DNA from: Micrococcales bacterium 73-13
GTDB taxonomy: Bacteria; Actinomycetota; Actinomycetes; Actinomycetales; Microbacteriaceae
Assembly (NCBI GenBank): GCA_001898855.1
Contig: MKVN01000022.1
Span: forward strand, 9,883 to 73,882
Direction of reading: 5' to 3'
DNA: 64,000 bases
Part shown: positions 26,320 through 34,502 of the stretch, piece by piece
Numbering within the stretch: position 1 is the first letter of the stretch
How the letters are laid out: every line of letters begins with the position of its first letter
The notes under the pieces: model-generated
Database searches by the model: none
What the model was told of the DNA's origin: nothing
The model's input: only the letters and a program-made list of their open reading frames with translations
Made by a program: the position numbers and the translations under genes

Positions 26320-27884
26320 GACGCGAGCTCCTCGGCGCCGAAGAAGCTGGCGACCAGCGCCTCGCGGGTGAGGCCCTCGTGCGGGAAGACGGCGGCGAGC
26401 TCGTCGTCGCGGAACACCAGGACGCGGTCCATCAGCTCGAGGTGCTCCTCGAGCTCGGTCGAGAGCATGACGACGGCGAGGCCCTCGGCCGCGAGCCCTT
26501 CGAGGAGCGCGTAGAGGTCGCGCTTGGCGCCGATGTCGATCCCGCGGGTGGGGTCGTTGAGCAGCAGGACCTCCGGCTCGGCGGCCAGGCTGCGCGCGAT
26601 GATGACCTTCTGCTGGTTGCCGCCGGACAGCGTGCCGATGCCGTCCTCGGGCCGGCCCAGCTTGATCCGCAGCCGCTCGACGTAGTCGGTGAGCCGTCGC
26701 AGCGCCGAGCGGCCGCTGAGCAGCCAGCCCCGCCGGTCGCGGCGCAGCGTGGTGGCGGTGAAGTTCTCGAGGATCGACATCCAGTCGAAGATCGACTCGG
26801 CGCGGCGCTCTCTCGGGACGTAGGCGATGCGGGCCCGTCTCGCCGCGTGCTTCGAGGCGATCGGCTGGCGGCCGCGGCTCGAGACGCGGGTCACCGCGCC
26901 GCCGGCGTCGCCGAGCCCCCAGAGCGCGCGGAGGAAGGCGTCCTGGCCCTGGCCCTCGAGCCCGGCGAGGCCGACGATCTCCCCGGCGCGCAGCTCGAAG
27001 TCCAGCGGCGCGGCGTCGGCGCGGACCCGCAGCCCGCTCGCCTGGAGGACGACGTCGCCGGGCGCGCGGCGAGCGCGGTCGGTGCGCGCCTCGTCGCCGA
27101 GCTGATGCGCCTGTCCGGTCATCAGGCGCACCACCTCGGCGGTCGTCCACTCGGCGCCGTCGAGCGTGGCGACCGTCTCGCCCGAGCGCAGCACGGTCAC
27201 CCGGTCGGCGACCTCGCGGACCTCGTCCATCCGGTGCGTGATGAGCACGACGCCGGAGCCCGCCGCCACGCGCCGCCGCACGATCTCGAAGAGCCGGTTG
27301 CGGGTGTCGAAGTCGAGCGCCGAGGTCGCCTCGTCGAGGATCAGCAGGTCGGGGTCGCGCAGCAGGGCGCGGGCGATCGCGCACGCCTGCCGGTCGCTCA
27401 GGTCGAGGTCGCCGACGAGCGCGTCGAGCGGCGGGGGCGAGACGAGCAGCTCGGCGAGCGCCGCCTCCGCGCGGCGGCGGCGCTCGCGCGGCCCCTGCGC
27501 GATGCGGAAGAGGCCGTCGGCGCCGAGCCAGAGATTGTCGAAGACCGTCCGGTTCGGCGCGGCGAGCACCTCCTGGAAGACGGTCGCGATCCCGCTGCGC
27601 AGCGCCGCCGCAGGGGTGCGGAACGCGGCCACGGCCCGTCCGGCGAGCAGGATCCTCCCGCGGTCGGGGGCGTGGACGCCGCTCAGGATCTTGACGATCG
27701 TGCTCTTCCCCGAGCCGTTCTCCCCCATCAGCGCGTGCACCTCGCCGCGGTGCACCTCGAGCGAGGCGTCGCGGACGGCCACGGTCGGGCCGAAGGCCTT
27801 GCCCACCGACTCCATCCGAAGCAGGACGCCGTCGACAGTGGGCAAGGCCGGGAGCTCCTTCGACTCGACACGCGGAGGCCGCAT
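26316..27884 (-). CDS. Sugar ABC transporter ATP-binding protein (tandem ABC domains)
   Basis: 522-aa ORF. First Walker A GENGSGKST, LLILDEATSALD, second signature LSGGNQQKV, LLLNDPTRGIDIG. Confidence 0.93.
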   Translation of the reverse strand: MRPPRVESKELPALPTVDGVLLRMESVGKAFGPTVAVRDASLEVHRGEVHALMGENGSGKSTIVKILSGVHAPDRGRILLAGRAVAAFRTPAAALRSGIATVFQEVLAAPNRTVFDNLWLGADGLFRIAQGPRERRRRAEAALAELLVSPPPLDALVGDLDLSDRQACAIARALLRDPDLLILDEATSALDFDTRNRLFEIVRRRVAAGSGVVLITHRMDEVREVADRVTVLRSGETVATLDGAEWTTAEVVRLMTGQAHQLGDEARTDRARRAPGDVVLQASGLRVRADAAPLDFELRAGEIVGLAGLEGQGQDAFLRALWGLGDAGGAVTRVSSRGRQPIASKHAARRARIAYVPRERRAESIFDWMSILENFTATTLRRDRRGWLLSGRSALRRLTDYVERLRIKLGRPEDGIGTLSGGNQQKVIIARSLAAEPEVLLLNDPTRGIDIGAKRDLYALLEGLAAEGLAVVMLSTELEEHLELMDRVLVFRDDELAAVFPHEGLTREALVASFFGAEELAS

Positions 27885-27917
27885 TCGTCTATACGATCCG
27901 AATATCGGCTGCGTCAG

Positions 27918-27929
27918 ATTCTATAGAAT
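27918..27929. promoter_or_regulatory. Perfect 12-bp AT-rich palindrome ATTCTATAGAAT in the GntR / ABC-operon divergent region (candidate operator with back-to-back -10 hexamers)
   Basis: ATTCTA|TAGAAT is its own reverse complement, and each half reads TAGAAT in the outward direction. It lies 34 nt from the ATPase ATG and 60 nt from the GntR ATG. A weaker related half-site TCTATA is at 27888-27893. Confidence 0.45.
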
Positions 27930-27988
27930 TTTGACGAGCTGTCCAGCGGCACGGCTCGCGGGCACCCGATGGGGAGGCGACGGATAGC

Positions 27989-28705
27989 ATGAGACGCGTG
28001 GCGGACACCCCGGAGCGGACGGGCGACGAGCACGGCGCTCGGCGGGGCCCGGACGTCGCGGAGTACGTGCGCGACCTCATCATCACGCGGCAGCTCAAGG
28101 CCGGCGACCGGGTGCGCGCGGAGCAGGTCGCGCAGGCGCTCGAGGTCTCCGCGACCCCGGTGCGCGAGGCGCTCCGCTCGCTCCAGGCCCAGGGCTTCCT
28201 GAGCTACCAGCACAACCGCGGCTTCGTCGTCTCCCGGCTCTCCCCCGAGGACATCCGCGACGTGTACATCTCGATCGGCCTGCTCGCCGGCGAGCTGGCC
28301 GCCCGGGCCGCGATGACGGCGAGCCACGACGATCTCGCGCCGATCCGCGCCATCCAGGAGCAGCTGCACGCCGCCGAGGCCTCGGGCGACCACTCGAACG
28401 TCACCGAGCTGACCGCCGAGTTCTACCACCAGCTGCACATCCTGGGCCAGTCGCCGAAGATCGTGAACCTCGTGCTGACGCTGGACATGTACACGACCCG
28501 GGAGCTGCACGCGACGATCCCCGGCTGGTTCGAGGCGGTGGTGCGATTCCAGGATCTGCTGCTCGCGGCCTTCGACGCCCACCAGCCGGAGGCCGCCCGG
28601 GCCGCCGTCCGAGGGCACATGGAGGACGTCGCAGAGCTGTTCTCGGAGTGGCTGGAGACCGCCAGCGAGCCGGCGAGGCACCGCGTCCCATCCAGCAGGA
28701 CGTGA
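27989..28705 (+). CDS. GntR-family transcriptional regulator with FCD (FadR-like) effector domain
   Basis: 238-aa ORF. Winged HTH VAQALEVSATPVREALRSLQAQGFL and a helical C-terminal domain. Divergent from the sugar ABC operon. Confidence 0.9.
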   Translation: MRRVADTPERTGDEHGARRGPDVAEYVRDLIITRQLKAGDRVRAEQVAQALEVSATPVREALRSLQAQGFLSYQHNRGFVVSRLSPEDIRDVYISIGLLAGELAARAAMTASHDDLAPIRAIQEQLHAAEASGDHSNVTELTAEFYHQLHILGQSPKIVNLVLTLDMYTTRELHATIPGWFEAVVRFQDLLLAAFDAHQPEAARAAVRGHMEDVAELFSEWLETASEPARHRVPSSRT

Positions 28706-28708
28706 TTT

Positions 28709-28718
28709 TCTATATAGA
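28709..28718. promoter_or_regulatory. Perfect 10-bp palindrome TCTATATAGA in the 27-bp gap between the convergent GntR and CotH genes
   Basis: TCTAT|ATAGA is its own reverse complement. It shares the TCTA..TAGA arms with the 27918-27929 palindrome and sits in an AT-rich island within otherwise GC-rich DNA. Confidence 0.35.
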
Positions 28719-28732
28719 TTTCTCGCGATGAC

Positions 28733-30115
28733 TCAATCGACTCCGTCGATGCCGAGCGCGGCGGCGATCGCGGCCGACTCGCTGCGCACGGTGTCCGCCG
28801 GCACCAGACCGCCGGCCTGATCCAGCAGCAGGCTCGTCCAGGCGTCGAGGATGCCGAAGGCCTGCCCGCTCTCGATCAGCTCGCGCTGCAGCTCGTCCGC
28901 GGCCCGGTCGATCATGGCGGAGAACGCGGGGTCCGCGCGGAACCGCTCGGCGAGCACGTTCCCGCCGCTCGGGCCGCCGGGGCCGAAGCCGCCCTGCGGC
29001 GCCTGGCCGTCCTGCGGGAAGCGGCCGCCCTGCGGCGCGGCGCCGACGCCGGGCGGCTGGCCGCCCGGCTGGCCCGTAGCGCCCGGAGCGCCGCCGGCGC
29101 CGGGCGCGAACCCGCCGCCGGGGCCGCCCGCACCGAGCCCCCCGCCGGGGCCGCCGCCCGGCGAGGCGCCGAAGGCGAGGTTGAGGTCCCAGCTGACGAC
29201 GGTCATCCGGCCGGTCGTGGCGTCGTAGGCGAGGTAGGAGTTGTTCCCGGGACCGTCGATGTCGTCGGTGTTGCCGACCAGGTCCTGGAACGCGAGGTAG
29301 GTCGCGAACGCCTCGACGTCGAGATGGTCGCCGAGCTGCGCGGCGAAGGTCGCGTCGTCCGACTCGTTCACGAACTCGAGGAAGGCGATGAGCGGGCCGT
29401 AGTCCTCCTCGCCCGCCTCCTGATCGAAGGACTCGGCGTAGGCGGCCGGGTCGTCGCCGACGTAGTCCCAGGAGCCGCCGGCCTCCGACTTGTAGAGCAG
29501 CACGCCCTCGCCGAGCTCGTCGGCCGTCCAGGCGTCGTCCGGGTTCTGGATGACAAGCCGCAGCCGCGACCCGCCGCCGTTGACGGAGAAGGAGGCTCCG
29601 ATCGCCGACTCGGAGGCGAGGCCCGCCGCGCCGAGCAGCGAGAGCGCGACGGCCTCGTTGAGCGAGGTCGACGACGAGTTGCCGCGCACCACCAGATCGC
29701 TCTGCCCATCCCACGACTGCCCGTCGACGTACTTGTCGAGCCGGATCCGCCACGGGATCGTCGCCGGGTCGGTGTCCGCGGTGATCTGACGCAGGCTCGA
29801 ATTGCCCTTCAGCTTCAGCCCCACCCGGTCGAACCGGACGCCATCGATCGTCACCGACGCCTCCACCCAGACCTTCTCGCCGGTCTCGGCGTACGTCGTC
29901 AGGGCGTCCTGCAGCGCCGCCTCGTCGACCTCGAGATCGATCTGGTGCAGCGTCGAGGCGTCCCAGAGGTCCGCCGCGCTGAGGCTCACGGAGCCGGCGG
30001 CGGCGACCACCGCCCCCGACTTGGCGGATGGGGCGCCGGCGGCGGCGCAGCCCGCCAGCACCAGCGCCGGCACGAGGAGCAGACCGGCCAGGCCCGCGGA
30101 TCGACGTCGTGACAT
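28733..30115 (-). CDS. CotH kinase-family lipoprotein with an internal Gly/Pro-rich low-complexity insert
   Basis: Track ORF 28733-30133. The ATG at 30115 (MSRRRSAGLAGLLLVPALVLAGC) gives a lipobox signal peptide. CotH-like core: IDGVRFDRVGLKLKGNSS, SLNEAVALSLL, NNSYLAYDATTGRMTVVSWDLNLAFG. Confidence 0.8.
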   Translation of the reverse strand: MSRRRSAGLAGLLLVPALVLAGCAAAGAPSAKSGAVVAAAGSVSLSAADLWDASTLHQIDLEVDEAALQDALTTYAETGEKVWVEASVTIDGVRFDRVGLKLKGNSSLRQITADTDPATIPWRIRLDKYVDGQSWDGQSDLVVRGNSSSTSLNEAVALSLLGAAGLASESAIGASFSVNGGGSRLRLVIQNPDDAWTADELGEGVLLYKSEAGGSWDYVGDDPAAYAESFDQEAGEEDYGPLIAFLEFVNESDDATFAAQLGDHLDVEAFATYLAFQDLVGNTDDIDGPGNNSYLAYDATTGRMTVVSWDLNLAFGASPGGGPGGGLGAGGPGGGFAPGAGGAPGATGQPGGQPPGVGAAPQGGRFPQDGQAPQGGFGPGGPSGGNVLAERFRADPAFSAMIDRAADELQRELIESGQAFGILDAWTSLLLDQAGGLVPADTVRSESAAIAAALGIDGVD

Positions 30116-30208
30116 GCCTCGATGCCAGCGCATCCGGCTATGGCTCAGCTATGCCCGAGGTGGACACTCGCTATCAGGCGACGGGCTGATGCCGAAGGAC
30201 CGGAACAG

Positions 30209-30281
30209 TGCCCCTGGAGAGAATCGAACTCCCGACGCCCTCCTTAGGACGGAGGCGCTCTATCCACTGAGCTACAGAGGC
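30209..30281 (-). tRNA. tRNA-Arg, anticodon CCT
   Basis: The reverse complement folds as a cloverleaf. Acceptor GCCTCTG/CAGGGGC (one G-U pair), D-arm GCTCAGTGGATAGAGC, anticodon stem CCTCC/GGAGG with loop GTCCTAA (CCT), T-arm GGGAGTTCGATTCTCTC, discriminator A. 73 nt, no encoded CCA. Confidence 0.9.
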
Positions 30282-30323
30282 GGGCATCCCAGTGTAGCGA
30301 GCGGGCCGGCGTGCGGCGCCGGC

Positions 30324-31109
30324 TCAGAGGAAGACGCTCGTGCCGCCGTCGACGACGAAGTTCTGCCCGGTGACCCAGCGCGCCTCGTCGGAGGCGAGGA
30401 ACAGGGCCATCCGCACCGGGTCCTCGGGCTCGCCCGGGCGGCCGTCGAAGGTGTGCCGGATCATGTTCGCCACCGGCGACCGGTCGCCGTCCCGGTCGAT
30501 CCAGGCCTGCACCGGCGGGCTGGCGATCACCCCGGGCGAGATCGCGTTGGCGCGGATCCCGTGCCGGGCGCCCTCCGCGGCGAGCTGGCGGCTCAGCGCG
30601 ATGACCGCGCCCTTGGTGAGCGAGTGCGCGGCCTGGGTGAACTCGCGGTCCCCCACCATGCCGGAGACCGAGCCGACGACGATGATCACGCCGCCGTGCT
30701 GCCGCACGAGGATCGGCCAGACCGCCTGGGCGGGGAACCAGACCGTGTCGATCTCGTTGCGCACGGTCGAGCGGAAGTCCTCCTCGCTCATCTCGCCGAA
30801 GGGCTCGAACCTGGGCGCGCTCGCGTTGCAGTAGAGCACGTCGATTCGTCCGTGCCGCGCGGCGGCGCGCTCCACCCAGGCCCGCGCGGCGCGCGGATCG
30901 GCGAAGTCGACGGGCTCCGAGGGCTCCATCCGGAAGCCGTCCGCCCGGACATGCGCGACCGTCTCGTCGTTGTCCGCCTGGTTCAGGTCGGCGCCGACCA
31001 CCGTGGCGCCCTCGCGGGCGAAGAGCCGGGCGGCCGCCCGCCCCTGCCCGCCGCCGGTCCCGGTGATGAGCACGACCTTGCCGTCGAGGCGACCGCAGGC
31101 GACCGTCAT
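30324..31109 (-). CDS. Short-chain dehydrogenase/reductase (SDR) with atypical His at the catalytic Tyr position
   Basis: 261-aa ORF. TGTGGGQG nucleotide motif, CNAS, and GSVSG...AAHSLTK where classical SDRs have YxxxK. C-terminal VTGQNFVVDGG. Confidence 0.85.
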   Translation of the reverse strand: MTVACGRLDGKVVLITGTGGGQGRAAARLFAREGATVVGADLNQADNDETVAHVRADGFRMEPSEPVDFADPRAARAWVERAAARHGRIDVLYCNASAPRFEPFGEMSEEDFRSTVRNEIDTVWFPAQAVWPILVRQHGGVIIVVGSVSGMVGDREFTQAAHSLTKGAVIALSRQLAAEGARHGIRANAISPGVIASPPVQAWIDRDGDRSPVANMIRHTFDGRPGEPEDPVRMALFLASDEARWVTGQNFVVDGGTSVFL

Positions 31110-31208
31110 CCGAGACCCCTTCGCACGACTCGAACCCTACGAGGCCGTCGCCGAGGCGACCATCCGAACCGTGCAGCCGGTTGTCCACTTCGCGCGGACC
31201 CGGCTGCG

Positions 31209-31261
31209 GCACCTCGTCGCCCGCCCTACCGTTGGGCCGAGGAGCGCCGGCGACGAGGTGC
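31209..31261 (+). promoter_or_regulatory. 13-bp perfect-stem hairpin in the leader of the 31286 SDR gene
   Basis: GCACCTCGTCGCC (31209-31221) and GGCGACGAGGTGC (31249-31261) are exact complements with a 27-nt loop. A second 7-bp hairpin CAGCCGG...CCGGCTG sits immediately upstream (about 31173-31207), and the SD GAGGGAGAGG sits immediately downstream. Confidence 0.3.
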
Positions 31262-31285
31262 TCGCGAGGGAGAGGCGGGCAGCCG

Positions 31286-31987
31286 ATGGCCCCATCCGTG
31301 CTCATCACCGGCGGCGCCGGGGCCATCGGACGGGCGGTGGCCGAGTCGTTCGCCGGGGACGGCTGGGAGGTCCATCTGCTCGACCTCGCGCCGGACCTCG
31401 AGGCGATCGCCGGGCGGCTCGGGGCGCGAGCGCTGCGCGCCGACGTCACCGACCCCGCTGCGCTCGCCGGAGCCGTGGCGGGCGTCCCCGCGCTCGACGT
31501 GCTCGTCACCGCCGTCGGGACCTGGCCGCAGCTCCTGATCGACGAGCTGTCCTTCGAGGAGTGGAACCGGCAGATCGCGATCAACCTGTCGAGCGTCTAT
31601 CTCTCGGTCAAGTGCCTGCTGCCGGCGCTGCGCGCGGCGCGGGGATGCGTGGTGAACTTCGCCTCCGCGGCCGCGCTCGTCGGCCACGAGACGATGATCG
31701 CCTACTGCACGGCGAAGGCGGGCGTGATCGGGCTGACCCGGGCGCTCGCGGTGGCGCTCGGCCCCGAGGGCATCAGAGTCAACAGCGTGCTGCCGGGGGC
31801 GCTGGACACGCCGAGCAACGAGGCGCTCCCGCCCGAGATCCTTCAGGACGCGCAGCGCGCGCGAGCGCTGCGCCGTGCCGGGACGGCGCAGGACCTCGTC
31901 GGCGCGACGCGGTTCCTCGCCTCGTCGGGCGCCGAGTTCGTCACCGGGCAGTCGATCGTCGTCGACGGCGGGCTGCACTTCCTGTAG
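31286..31987 (+). CDS. Short-chain dehydrogenase/reductase (SDR)
   Basis: Start refined to ATG 31286 (MAPSVLITGGAGAIGRAV...). Motifs: TGGAGAIG, NFASAAAL...YCTAKAG (YxxxK), VTGQSIVVDGG. Confidence 0.88.
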   Translation: MAPSVLITGGAGAIGRAVAESFAGDGWEVHLLDLAPDLEAIAGRLGARALRADVTDPAALAGAVAGVPALDVLVTAVGTWPQLLIDELSFEEWNRQIAINLSSVYLSVKCLLPALRAARGCVVNFASAAALVGHETMIAYCTAKAGVIGLTRALAVALGPEGIRVNSVLPGALDTPSNEALPPEILQDAQRARALRRAGTAQDLVGATRFLASSGAEFVTGQSIVVDGGLHFL

Positions 31988-32157
31988 CACCGGGCGCGAC
32001 GACGGCCGTGCCGGTTCCGGCGCACCGGCATAGAATCAGCGGATCGGCCGCGGTCCTCGCGCCGCGGCCACGGACGAGGAGGTCCTGGGCAGTGGCGCAT
32101 TCGCACGATGCGGCGCCCGCCGGAGGGTTCGCGCCTCCGGGCGGCGCGAGCCGCCGC

Positions 32158-33126
32158 ATGAGCATCCGCACGAACGACGTCGACGAGGCGCGCGCGATCA
32201 GCGAGCAGGTGTTCTACGCCAACAGCATGGTCGTCTTCGACCGCGCCGCGTTCGACTTCCGGCTCACCTCGGTGCAGGTCGGGCCGGTGACGGTGGGCAT
32301 GATCCGCAACGGGACCGACGTCCATTTCGACTGCTACGAGCGGGGCACCGCCTACCAGCTGGACCTCGGCGTCGCGGGCTCCGCGACGGGCCGCTGCGGC
32401 GACCAGCGCGCGACGATCGGCAACGGCATGGCCGCGATCTCGAACCCGGAGGGCCGGTCCGTCTTCGACCACTGGACCCCGGACTGCGTCCTGCTCGGGG
32501 TGAAGATCGACCGGGCCTTCATGGAGCACCAGCTGCGGGTGCTCACCGGCGAGCCGAGCCGCGAGCCGCTGCGGTTCCGGATGGCCGTCCCGACGCGGGC
32601 GACCGAGCACCAGCCGTGGCTGAGCCTCGTCCGCGCGCTCGCGAGCCTGCTGCCGAGCAGCACCGACGACGCCATGGTCGACGCGCTCGGCGGAGTGCCG
32701 GAGGCCCTCGTCACCGCGCTGCTGGCGACCGTCCCGAACAGCCACTCGGAGCGGATCGAGCGCGCGGCCGAGCGCTCGGAGCCGGCAGCGGTGCGCCGAG
32801 CGGCGAAGGCGATGCGCGAGCAGCCGGAGCGCTCCTGGACGCCGCAGCAGCTGGCGGCGCTCAGCGGCGTCGGCGTGCGCGCCCTGCAGGCCGGCTTCCA
32901 GCGGACCTACGACCGCGGCATCTCGCGCTTCCTCCGCGAGCTGCGCCTCGACCAGGTCCGCGCGGAGCTGCTCCGGGGCGAGCGGCTGGTCAGCGACGTC
33001 GCCGCCGACTACGGCTTCAACCACCTCGGGAGGTTCTCCGCCTACTACGCCGAGCGCTTCGGCGAGCAGCCCCGGGCGACCCGGCGTCGGGCGCAGCCGA
33101 TCGGCTCGGCTGCGCGGCTCAGCTGA
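32158..33126 (+). CDS. AraC-family transcriptional regulator
   Basis: This is the real part of the 718-aa track ORF. ATG is at 32158; an in-frame GTG at 32092 is an alternative start. C-terminal HTH: WTPQQLAALSGVGVRALQAGFQ ... DVAADYGFNHLGRFSAYYAERFGEQP. A TAGAAT -10-like hexamer is at 32041-32046. Confidence 0.85.
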   Translation: MSIRTNDVDEARAISEQVFYANSMVVFDRAAFDFRLTSVQVGPVTVGMIRNGTDVHFDCYERGTAYQLDLGVAGSATGRCGDQRATIGNGMAAISNPEGRSVFDHWTPDCVLLGVKIDRAFMEHQLRVLTGEPSREPLRFRMAVPTRATEHQPWLSLVRALASLLPSSTDDAMVDALGGVPEALVTALLATVPNSHSERIERAAERSEPAAVRRAAKAMREQPERSWTPQQLAALSGVGVRALQAGFQRTYDRGISRFLRELRLDQVRAELLRGERLVSDVAADYGFNHLGRFSAYYAERFGEQPRATRRRAQPIGSAARLS

Positions 33127-34258
33127 GCTCCGCGATCATCCGGGATCGGATCAGCCCCCAGTCGGGCTCGGGGCCGAGTCCGGGCTCGTCGGGCGCGTGG
33201 ACGAGCCCATCGCCATCGATCCGGATGGGAGCGGTCAGTCCCCAATTGAGGTACTCGAGGTCGTACCGGCCGGGCCGGTGGGGGACGAGCACCTCGAACC
33301 AGGCGCAGTTCGGGATGGCCATCGCGACGTGCAGCACCGCGAGGTTGTTCCGCGCGTTGTAGCCGTCGTGGAGCTCGCAGTTCAGGTTGAACGCCTCGGC
33401 GAGGTGGGCGAGCTTGACCAGCCCGGTGATGCCGGCCTTGAGGACGACGTCGCCGCGCAGATAGTCGGTGGCGCGGCTCACCGCCCACAGCACGTGCGCC
33501 GGGAGACCGCCCAGGGTGAGCTCGGTCGCCAGCAGCGGGATGATGAGCGCCTGCTTGAGGCGCAGGTAGCCGTCGAGGTCGTCAGGACCGAGCGGGTCCT
33601 CGAACCACTCGTAGTCCAGGCGCTCCAGCACGCGGCCGACCCGCACGGCCTGGGCGTAGCTGTACCGGAAGAACGGGTCGGCGAACAGCGCGTAGCCCGG
33701 CCCGAGCGCCTCGCGCACCCGTCGGTACACCTCGATGTCGACGTCGATGTGCGCGGCCGTGGCCGCGCCCACCGCGCGCGGCCCGTGCATGCTCGGCGGG
33801 TGGACCTTGTAGCCGGCGAAGCCCTGCTCGCGATAGGCGACGGCCTCGTCGACGTACGCGGCGGCGTCCGGCAGCACCCAGGACGACGCGTACGCCGGGA
33901 TCGTCGTGCGCACCGTCCCGAGGAGGCGATGCACCGGGAGACCCGCCGCCTTGCCCGCGATGTCCCAGAGGGCGACGTCGACGTAGCTGCGCGTCGTCGG
34001 GTCGAGGTCGCGACGGGCGCCGAGCTGCCCCCAGATCGCGCCGATCTCCAGCGGGTCCCGCCCGAGCAGTCGCGGCTTGACGACCTCGAGGAGCTGCTTG
34101 ACGACGTCCGGCTGCGGCGGCGTCAGGAACGTGACGCCCTCGATCCCCTCGTCGGTCACGACGACGAGCACCGCGTTCTCGACGGTCGGGGGGTCGCCGG
34201 GGAAGGTCGTGCGCGTCTCCCGCTCGTGCACGATGACGCGCAGGTCGGTGATGCGCAT
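33119..34258 (-). CDS. Enolase-superfamily enzyme (mandelate racemase/muconate lactonizing enzyme family)
   Basis: 379-aa ORF. MRITDLRV..., VDVALWDIAGKAAGLPVHRLLG, YKVHPP, FEDPL and the overall MR/MLE layout. Substrate not inferable. Confidence 0.85.
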   Translation of the reverse strand: MRITDLRVIVHERETRTTFPGDPPTVENAVLVVVTDEGIEGVTFLTPPQPDVVKQLLEVVKPRLLGRDPLEIGAIWGQLGARRDLDPTTRSYVDVALWDIAGKAAGLPVHRLLGTVRTTIPAYASSWVLPDAAAYVDEAVAYREQGFAGYKVHPPSMHGPRAVGAATAAHIDVDIEVYRRVREALGPGYALFADPFFRYSYAQAVRVGRVLERLDYEWFEDPLGPDDLDGYLRLKQALIIPLLATELTLGGLPAHVLWAVSRATDYLRGDVVLKAGITGLVKLAHLAEAFNLNCELHDGYNARNNLAVLHVAMAIPNCAWFEVLVPHRPGRYDLEYLNWGLTAPIRIDGDGLVHAPDEPGLGPEPDWGLIRSRMIAELS

Positions 34259-34322
34259 GATCGCCTCGTCCCTTCCGCCGGCGGCTCCGATACGGAGGCT
34301 AGGGACCGGGCGGGGGGCGCGC

Positions 34323-34414
34323 TATCCGTCGCGGACGTCGGACTGTCCGTTTCCCGCCCCGCTCCCTCGAGGCGCCCGCGCCCGAAACGGACAGCCGGCG
34401 TCGCCGATCGGATA
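34323..34414. repeat. Long imperfect inverted repeat (92 bp) in the enolase/hydrolase divergent intergenic region
   Basis: Perfect inner arms CTGTCCGTTTC (34343-34353) and GAAACGGACAG (34384-34394). Outer arms TATCCG (34323-34328) and CGGATA (34409-34414), with partially matching sequence between the outer and inner arms. 30-nt central loop. Confidence 0.5.
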
Positions 34415-34502
34415 CCGCCGGGAGGCGGGCGCTCGTAGCGTGATCCCGCCGACCGAGACGGCGAGACGCGCAGGCGATCCGACCGCGCAGGGCAGGAGAG
34501 GG

